A stretch of DNA of 64,000 nucleotides from Octopus vulgaris. Lineage: Eukaryota. Each line of letters begins with the position of its first letter. The first letter of the stretch is position 1. The stretch lies in NCBI GenBank assembly GCA_951406725.2, contig OX597838.1, forward strand, positions 27,776,001 through 27,840,000. Reading direction: 5' to 3'. Made by a program: the position numbers and the translations under genes. Below the pieces are notes generated by a model. The model was given only the letters and a program-made list of their open reading frames with translations. It was not told the DNA's origin and made no database searches. This document shows positions 41,701 through 52,000 of the stretch, one piece after another.

Positions 41701-44700
41701 AACACCCTGTACAAAGCCATCTGATTGAATTGATCAAAATTCTAGTGAATGATTTCTGTTTCTGAGAACCAACTCTTTCTATCTTAGACACGTGTTTTTT
41801 TTTATTAAACCATATGATTATACATGCATTATCCAGTGCATGTAGTATAGAAATGCATGTAGGATAAATATAGAGCTTCTAATCTCACCTTATCATATCT
41901 GAACTTTTATTATTGTATAGAAGTACAGAAAATGATAAAGAAGGAGAACAATAAGATGTGTGTGAGTGTACTTGTTTATGTATGTACGTATAAGTGTATG
42001 TGTGTATATATATATATATGTGGGAAGGGGTATGCATATGTGTGAATGTGTATGTATGCATGTATATGTATATACATATGTTTATATATGTGTATGTATA
42101 TGCATATATGCATGGTCATGTGTGTATGCATGTTTTTGTATATGCTGTGTGTATGTGTTTATATATGTGGATACATATGTGTGTGTATGTATGCATGTAT
42201 AGGTGCATGTTTATTTATGTATGGGTGTGTGTATATGTGTATGAGTGTATGTGTGTGTGAATGTATATCTGTATCAATATATCTATGGATGTATGTATAT
42301 ATTTACATGTGTACATATGTAAATATCTATGTATGCGGGTGTGTATTTATGTAGATATGTATGCATGCATGTATGTTTGTATGTATGTGTCTATATATCT
42401 ATGAATGTACATATATATTTATGTATATATGCATGAGTGCATGCATGTATATGTATGCATGTGTGTATATATGTATTCATATGTATCTATGTATGTATGT
42501 AAGAGTGTATGTTTATATATGTATGAGTGTGGGTATATATGTGTATGAGTGTATGTATATCTGTATATATCTATGAATGTATGTGTATATATGTATATAT
42601 TTATGTATGCATGTGTATGTATATGTGTACGTATGTGTGTATATTTATGTAGATGTGCATGTATTTATATATATGTATGTGTATATGCATATATGTATGT
42701 ATGATATAAAGCAAAGAGTCATCCAAATACTTAGAGACAATATGAGATGTAAACAGGTCATTTAACGACCTTTGAACAGTTGACATATCTCCATTGTAAA
42801 CACATTGATACCAACAAGGCTGAAATCGTAGATTTACCCTACATTTTCAAACAAAGCAATGAGAAGAAGAGCCTCAGTACAGTCACTCAACATGCTAGAA
42901 ATATTAACCAAATCTCACTCAAATTACACATAATTTTATGAAAATCAAAGTATTTATCACCAGCCTCACTATTTTCAGTTTGGTTTTTGTGTCTATCCTC
43001 ACCTGTGGTCATAAATTTTGGATAATAATCAGAAGAGTTTGATCATGAATAGAAGCAGCTAAAATTGGTTCTGAAGCAGTGGTTCTCAACCATTTTTTCC
43101 CATTGACCCCTTTGATTCCTGTTTTACTCAGGGAGTTAGATCCTCATAACCATTCAATGTCTAAAAACTCCTATTATATTTTTATGATTAGAAATTGTAT
43201 AAAAAAATGTTTTTTATACAGAGTTTTAATATTAATTCCAGTATTTTCATTCGGTTCCATTTTCTGGTACTAGAACATGTAGTTTCAAGTTGTTTGGATG
43301 TTGGTACCTCAAATGTGTCATACAATACTTCCATGGGGATTTCATTTCACGTGACTGTTTTTTTTTCCATGAATTGTTCTTTTTAAGTTGGCTAGTATGT
43401 CTCTTGAACTCTTTTTCATGTTTTGTTTAACCATGTGATTTTTTATGACCTATCTTACCACATTTGAAGCATTTTATATTTTTTAATGGACAGTTACGTT
43501 TAAAATGCAGACCACCACACCCATAACATGGATTCGGTGTTGACATTTTTTTCTCTTTTTTCATATCTGTTACCGGTCAACACACATGAATATGAGAGCA
43601 ATCTTTTTCTTCAATTTTATCTCTATCATGTCTTAGATTTATAATCCTCTGGCATTCTTCTGCTACTGCCTGCAGAGTTCAATTATGGTCCTGCTCTAAT
43701 TTTGTTAATATCTGGGAACATATACCTGCATCTTTGCTTGCAGTAAGCCCCTGTTACTACTGTTACACGAGGTTAAATGCTCTCTGACAACAGTTCACAG
43801 TGCACTGCTTCCCCAAACTCTGACAGTTCCTTATTTTGTAGCAATGTGTCAGTTCACTTTTAGATACATGGGATGGTCAGAATCCTTCCACAGCACAAAT
43901 ACACTGACAAAACTAGCTAGAGCCTATTTGCTTGACAAATGAACCAGCCAGCTCCATCAGAGGATGTTTACATTGAGAAGTACAATAATGTGTTTGTGTG
44001 TGTATACATACACACATATATATAAATATAAAAAAATACACACACATATATGCATTAAAGTGTACAGTATTATTACAGCTTATTTTACCAATAAGTTTCT
44101 CACTGGGTATTAACGGTGTCGGATAACAGCATGGTTACATAATTCCATGTGTTTGTCAGGGGTGGCAGGTATGGAAAAAGAATTACACTAACTGTTCTCG
44201 GTTACTGGAGGTAAAAAAAAAACCCACCTGCAGTTCCTGCAGTTTATGGGTGTTATGGAAAAAGATAAAACAAACTGCACAAGGGTTCATCAAGAGTTAT
44301 GTCCCTTAGTCCCAAAGGTCTCTCTGAAATGTAAGTCTACAAGACTTAAGAAGGACCTCACCAGCACCATGAGTTCCCTTGGCCACAGAGTCACAACAGA
44401 GACCAACTTGAAAACAGTGGACTTCCTTGGAATGACATTGGACTTTTAAGACACTGAAATAGAGGCTGACAAAGCTTAATAGCTTTCTGTCATTTAGCCA
44501 TAATGTCCAAGAACCTGGTACAGAGTGTCAGCAGAAGAATCGCCAGTCTGTCTGTATTAATGCGTTAATGTTCCAAACACTGAATGTATATAGAAAAACA
44601 AGCGTGGAAAGAAGTATTTTTGGATCTTTTCCTTTTGAACGGCAGTTTTCAATACAATTTCTAGTTAACTAAACACTCTTAAACTTTGTATACTGGTAGA

Positions 44701-45634
44701 ATGTGTCAAAATAAAACATTGTTGTCTCAGTTTTAGACACAGCAAATGATTTTAGCTAAATAGAGGACATAGGATTGGTTAAAATTCGAAAAATTAAACT
44801 ACGTTTAACTTACAAATTACAATTTTCTCAAGAAAGCCAAGAGAAAAAAAATGTTTTATTTTGACACATTCTACCAGCATACGAAGTTTAAAAGTGTTTA
44901 GTTAACTAGAAATTGTGTTGAAAACTGCCGTTCAAAAGGAAAAGATCCGGGTTTTTTTTCCATTTATTCAATACATTATTACACATATTTAATGTACAAA
45001 AATGTCCATTATGCATGGTATTAGCTCACAATCAGATTACCTCGCTAAATCATCAGAGTTTGCATAACAAACTAACTAACAAAATATTAGCCATAAGATG
45101 TTCTATAGCAGTTCAACAGACACATCACTTCAATATAATCTGATTTCTCTCATGATTAGGTTCAAAGAATATATTTAAATACTACTGAGGGGAGTAGTTT
45201 TCTTATCACAATAGATGTGATAGTACGTTGAGCCGCCATGGTGTCTGCTACAATAGATAACAACAGATCTAAGATATCGGCTATCAGAGCTAATGGTGAT
45301 TTTATTTTCATTTTCATTTGATCAAAAGTATACAGTTAATAAACACCCTCATGCACACTCTGTTACATCTGTTTGCTGAACAGTTTCTACAACAACTCAA
45401 GCTGCTGCATTAGAACAGAGTATGGATGCACAGGTTTTCTTAAAATCATCACTGTAGTAATGTGCGGGCACACTGTAGCAAGGTGCAGGAGTGGCTGTGT
45501 GGTAGGCAGCTTGCTTACTAACCACATGGCTCCGGGTTCAGTCCCGCTGCGCAAGTGTCTTCTACTATAGCCTCAGGCCGACCAAAGCCTTGTGAGTGGA
45601 TTTGGTAGACGGAAACTGAAAAAAGCCCGTCGTA

Positions 45635-45691
<57 letters not shown>

Positions 45692-48600
45692 TTGTGTGTC
45701 TGTGCTTGTCCCCCCCCCCACCCACCCACCAACATCGCTTGACAACCGATGCTGGTATGTTTACGTCCCCGTAACTTAGCGGTTCGGCAAAAGAGACCGA
45801 TAGAATAAGTACTAGGCTTACAAAGAATAAGTCCTGGGGGCAATTTGCTCGACTAAAGGTGGTGCTCCAGCATGGCCGCAGCCAAATGACTGAAACAAGT
45901 AAAAGAGTAAAAGAGTAAGACAAAGCTGTCTCTTGTCACCAGTGTTGTTTCTGATGGTCATCAGATTTTTGTTTATGCAAAGATCAATGGTGGGACCAAC
46001 TGTAGGCATACTATGGACAGCAAAGGAGCAGCTAACAGGCTTGGGTTTTGCCAATGACATTCCCCTGTTGGCTGAGAATCACCCAACGTTATAACAAGAA
46101 ATGACAACAAAAATGTAAAGGGAAGTGGCAAAAACTGGGTTGTGAATCAGCAGTAAAAAAAAAACAGAAAGGTAATGCAAGCTGGGAAACAAGTAGATAG
46201 TGTTCTAGTGGAAGCTGGATGAGAACCAGTTGAAGAAATTATAAGCCTCACATATTTGAGAAGCACAGTGACAAGCAATGGCGATGCAGAGACAGATGTA
46301 AGCTACAGAATTGGCAAGATAGTAGCAGTATGCTTCTATGGAGAATTTCCAGTGACACTCACTGCCACAGCGACCCCCACCTCTTAGGGCTCGTTTCTCA
46401 ATGAAGTTGCAGTTATCCTGATTTTGTGTAGGAAAACGGTAATGTAGGGTCTGAGAAGACTTGAGGTCTTAACTGTGACTGGCACAAACTGGTAGTGGCT
46501 GGTCAGGCTCTTGTATTTGTTTATCTTCCTCTTCTCTGTGTTACAAGCAGCAATACTTGGATAATGACAGAGTATTTCATTACCAATCCAGTTTAGGTTG
46601 TGGAGGTATGGTGAATTTCAACTGTATTTCGTGGTCTGCTACCACAACAGCTCCTTTATAGGATCCAGTTAGCTCAAGACATCATCAGGAGGAACCACAT
46701 CTGGTTTTGGCCCCTACTCCTCTACCGTTTTGACGTGGTGGGCCCCCCAGTTTCAGGGGTGTCTTCAGCCCTGGTGTTGGGTGCATGTCTTCTTCTTCTT
46801 TCTTCTGTTCCCTGGCCTCTTCGATGTATCGTCAGCGAGTGTCAGTGGGCGACTGACTGTCTCGTCAAATTTCCCTTTAAATACCTGCTGCTAGGCTCCA
46901 GCAGGCAGCCCCAGCAAGTTGTCATGTGACACTGTCTCAACTTTAACTGACCGATAAAGGCGCATAGTCTTAGCCCACGCATTCTCTAAACGAGACTGTC
47001 ACCTGTCAATCAGCGAAGCTAATTCAGTGTCAGCTTACTGGTTAAAGTGTTGGACTCGTGATCACAAGATTGTGGTTTCAATTCCTGGACCAGGCGATTT
47101 GTTGTGTTCTTGAGCAACACACCTCATTTCACGTTAATTCCAGTCCACTCAGCTGGCAAAAATGAGTAATCTGGCAACAGACCAACATCCCGTCCAGGTA
47201 GAGAATACGATTGAAACTGGGGAAACCAGCCCTATGAAGGGACTTTACTTTTTTATTATCAATTTAGGTTTGGATGAGTTTGTCATATTCCAGAAATAGA
47301 CGAAGCAGTTTTTATCCTCTTCCTTAAAACCACAACTGAGATGCATTTCACAGCACCACAGCACAGCACCACAGCACACCAGGTATTTCTGTCCTTTATT
47401 AGCTTTGACAGGTCTTCAATGTCATGGTGTAGCAGAGGTGTGTGGCTTAGTGGTTAGGACGTTGGACTCATGATCGTAAGATTGTGGTTTCGAATCCTGG
47501 ACTGGGCAATGCATTGTATTCTTGAGGAAAACACTTCATTTCATGTTGCCTCAGTCCACTCAGCTGGCAAAAATAAGTGATCCTGTGACAGACCGACATT
47601 CCATCCAAGTAGGGAATATATATGCCATGGAAACAGGGAGTGGATTTGTAGATGGGAATTGAAAGAAGCTCGTTGTATATACAGGGAGCGATGGGTAAAT
47701 TGTTGTCATTTTATAATTTATAATTTCACACATACACATTGTTTGTTTTTGATTTTGTTGACTATACAGTCTAGTAGGGTCAGTTGGGCACTGTCTGTGA
47801 GAGAAACAGCCCCATGATGCAATTTACTCTGCCAGAAATTTGGAAACAATATGCTGTACTGCTTGGCATTTGCACCGGAAGCTCCAATATGAACATTTCA
47901 GTGTTTGGGTGTCAATCTGAGGAAAATCCAGAGAATTTAGAAAGAGTTGGATGAGTCTAGTGGTGATTATGAAGGTACAGAGGCTAAGAAAACTCACTCT
48001 AATCATTCTGATAAGAAAAAAACTCCTGAATTTCTTGGTGAGATCCAGGCCATGATTGACAACGATTCCTCCAAGTCAATCAGGTCCATCGTCAGGGACA
48101 TGGGAGTGTCTGAGTTTCTTATCAGTCAGGCAGTGTATGAAGACATTCGGTATTCCTCATGCAAGATAAGAAAGGGCCAATTTTTATCACAAGTTATCAA
48201 GGACAAGAAGAAAGACCGTGCCATGCAGCTTTTGAATTAACTCAAGCATCGCCTCCAACTGAACATGCTTTGGTTTTTCTCAGATGAGAAAAATTTCTTC
48301 CAGGATCAGATGGTGAACTTACAGACCACCCTTGGCTTGCTGTGTCCCCAAAACATGTACCGAGAATGATAAAAATCAAGCATCCAGTCATCATGGTGTT
48401 TGGAGTGATCCCTAGCGATGGCAACATTATGCTGCCCTTCATCTTCCCACACAGCCTCAGATTCAACACAGACGCCTATATTAAGTGCCTGGAGGAGCTA
48501 GTGCTACCCTGGGTCAAGAGGGTAGCTACTGGAAGACGCTATGTCTGGCAAGAGGACTCTGCACCATGCAACACAAGCAGGAAAACCCAGTCATGGCTGT

Positions 48601-48949
48601 CAAACAATTTCTGCTACCACATCACTCCTAATATCTGGTCACCTAACTCCCCAGACTGCAAACCCCTTGATTATTATGTGTTGGGTGCAGTTGAGCGAGA
48701 GACCAACAAAATTCTTTGCAACACCAAAGATGAACTGAAGGCAAGGACTATGGCAGCATTCACCAACTTAAACAAGGAGACCATCCAGAAGAGTTGCAGG
48801 AGATTCCAAAGTCATCTGGAGGCTGTGGTTGAAGATATTTCAAGATATTTTTATGTAATTTTGGTAAATGTATCTGTTAAAATGAGATGTTGGTGTTATT
48901 TTCATTTTTGTGTAATTTAGACGACAATCTATTCACCGCACCCTCTATG

Positions 48950-49031
<82 letters not shown>

Positions 49032-52000
49032 TGTCTGTGTTTCTCCCCCACCCCACATCACTGTTTGAACAACTGGTGTTGGTGTGTTTACATCCCCATA
49101 ACTGAGCAATTCAGCATAAGAGACCAAGAAAATAAATACCAGGCTTTTAGAAAATAACTCCTGGGCTTGATAAAAAAATCGTCACCCTTTTCAAGCCTAG
49201 CCAGGTTCATGGGCCCGGTTTCTGTGGCGTATGTGTCCTTCCCAGCTGGATGGGACGCCAGTCCATCACAGCATTACTCAAGAAACAAGAAGAGAGGGTG
49301 AGAGAAAGTTGTGGTGAAAGAGTACAACAGGGGTCCTCACCACACCCTGCCAGAGCCTCGTGGAGCTTTTAGGTGTTTTCGTTCAATAAACACTCACAAT
49401 GCCAAGTCTGGGAATCGAAACCACGATCCTCCGACCGCGAGTCCGCTGCCCTAACCACTGGGCCATTGTGCCTCCACATCCTGGGCTTGATACATTCAAC
49501 TAAAAATTTCTTCAAGGCAGTGCCCCAGCATGACCATGGGTTAATGAGTGAAACAAGTAAAAGATAATGTAGCAATAAAATCAAGCATTTAAAACATTAT
49601 CTGACCCTTTAACACTCAGGTTTCTCAGTCAAATGTAAAGCTTATTCATTCACTTTGTTGTGTCTGGGGAGAGTCATTTTCTTTTGTAACACACTCACCG
49701 GTAAAATTTCCACTTATTTCTTATTTTTATTTTCCTAAAATTTTCATTGCATCTTGCAACCGTTTCAATAGTCTTGACTCTTATCTATTCACATTATTTT
49801 TGAATTAACCATGCATTATCTCCTAGCTTCGAGAGTTAGATGATGTGGCTGTTTACTTTTAGAATGACATTGTAGGGTAGGTAGGAGAAGCCAGATCTGG
49901 CCAATTTGAACAAAAAACAGGTAGAATATTTAGGCTGGACATGACCAGTTTAAATACTTAAGTGGGGTTAAACCCTTTTAACACCAACCCACCTGAGACT
50001 AGCCCTGGCTCCATGATATAAGCATCTTGGTATAACCCTTTTGTTACCATATTTCTGTTGAAACGCACAAACCTTTATTTCTATTGATTTCATAGACAAT
50101 GAAAAATTTATCAAAATAACGTTGTCGTGGCTGTGTGGTAAGTAGCTTGTTTACCAACCACATGGTTCCGGGTTCAGTCCCACTGCGTGGCACCTTGGGC
50201 AAGTGTCTTCTACTATAGCCTCGGGCTGACCAAAGCCTTGTGAGTGGATTTGGTAGACGGAAACTGAAAGAAGCCCGTCGTATATATGTATATATATGCG
50301 TGTGTGTGTTTGTATGTCTGTGTTTGCCCCCCTAGCATTGCTTGACAACCGATGCTGGCGTGTTTATGTCCCCGTTACTTAGCGGTTCGGCAAAAGAGAC
50401 CGATAGAATAAGTACTGGGCTTACAAAAGAATGAGTCCCGGTGTCGAGTTGCTCGATTAAAGGTGGTGCTCCAGCATGGCCACAGTCAAATGACTGAAAC
50501 AAGTAAAAGAGTAAAAAGAGAGTATAATTAAGCTCGTGCTTGGAACATAATTTACACAAAATTTTGATGGATGTTTTAATTTAGAACCCTTTAATTCTTT
50601 AGATACTGTTTGTTTGTTTGTTCCTTCTCGAGCCATGCCTGGCTCATAAGGGCCGTTTTCCCAGTTTCTTTGGCATATAGGTTCCTCGCCTGGACGAGAC
50701 GGCAGTCCATCACAGGTGAGATGCTAAATGCAGGAGGAAAGAGAGAGAGAAAATCGTGGCAAAAGAGTCAGCAGAAGTTCGCCATTACCTTCTGCCAGAG
50801 CCGTGTGGAGCTTAGATGTTTTGCTCATAAACACACACATCGCCCAGTCTGAGATTTGAACCTGTGATCCCTCAACCGCGAGTCCGCTGCTCTAACCACT
50901 AGGCCATGTGCCTGAACCTGCCTGAACCCCTCCTCCAGATCTGACTCCATGATATAAATTTCCTGTTTAAGGTAATATCAAGTAAAACCTTTCAATACTT
51001 GGTTGGTATTGTACTTTATCAAACCTGGAAGTGTGAAGAGCAAAGTTGACCTCAGTGGAATTTGAACTCAAAACATAAAGACAGATGAAATGCTACCAAG
51101 AACTTTGTCCAGCATGCTAATGATTCTGCCAGCTTCCCACCTTAACAATAAAAGTAATAATCCTTTAAGCTATAGACTCAAGGCCCGAAATTTTGGGGTC
51201 GTGGGTAAGTCAATTACATTAGTTCCAGTGTTTGACTGGTACTTAATTTATCAACCTCCTTATCTCCTCAAAGACATACATCATCTCAAAAGAGTCCAGA
51301 AGCTGGCTACCCGCATGGTTCTTGGTCTCAAGCATTTGTCTTATGAAGAAAGGCTGAAGACGCTCGACCTTTATTCTCTAGAAAAACGACAACACCATGG
51401 TGATCTCATTCTTGTTCACAACATCATAAGTGGAAAGTGTAATCTCTCGAAAGAGCTGTTCTCCACTCCTGCTCCAGAGCGTCGGTTGCGGGGTCACTCC
51501 GAAAAGCTCTATCTGCGACGATTTCATCTCAATCGAAGGAGAGGGGCTTTCTCCGTCCGGATTGCGGGTCCGTGGAATAAGCTGCCGGATGAGATAGTGA
51601 AGATGCCGACAACCGCTCAGTTCAAAGTCTCTCTTGACCAGAAATGGCCCGAACTCTTTGCATGAACACCCCTGTACAAAAACTCCATGTCCCCCTACAT
51701 GGCCTTGCTTTTTGCTTTTTGAGCCAAAAAATTAACTTAACTTAACCTCAAAAGCTAGAATTTCAACCCAGAACATAAAAATGAATGAAATTCCACCAAG
51801 CATTTTCCCAGCATGCTAATAGCTGTGCCAACTTGGTATTTTAATAATAAATAATAAATAAATGCGCCCTTTTGAAACCTAGCCAGAGAGGGCCCGATTT
51901 CCCGGTTTCAATGGCGTATATGTTCCCCAGCTGGACGGGATGCCAGTCCATCACAGCGTTACTCATTTTTGCCAGCTGAGTGGACTGGAGCAACGTGAAA

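Noticed and set aside
39714-42786. Many ORFs rich in YI/CV/HT/MYVC
   Set aside because: These are translations of (TA)n, (TG)n and (CATA)n microsatellites; the same applies at 55-61 kb.
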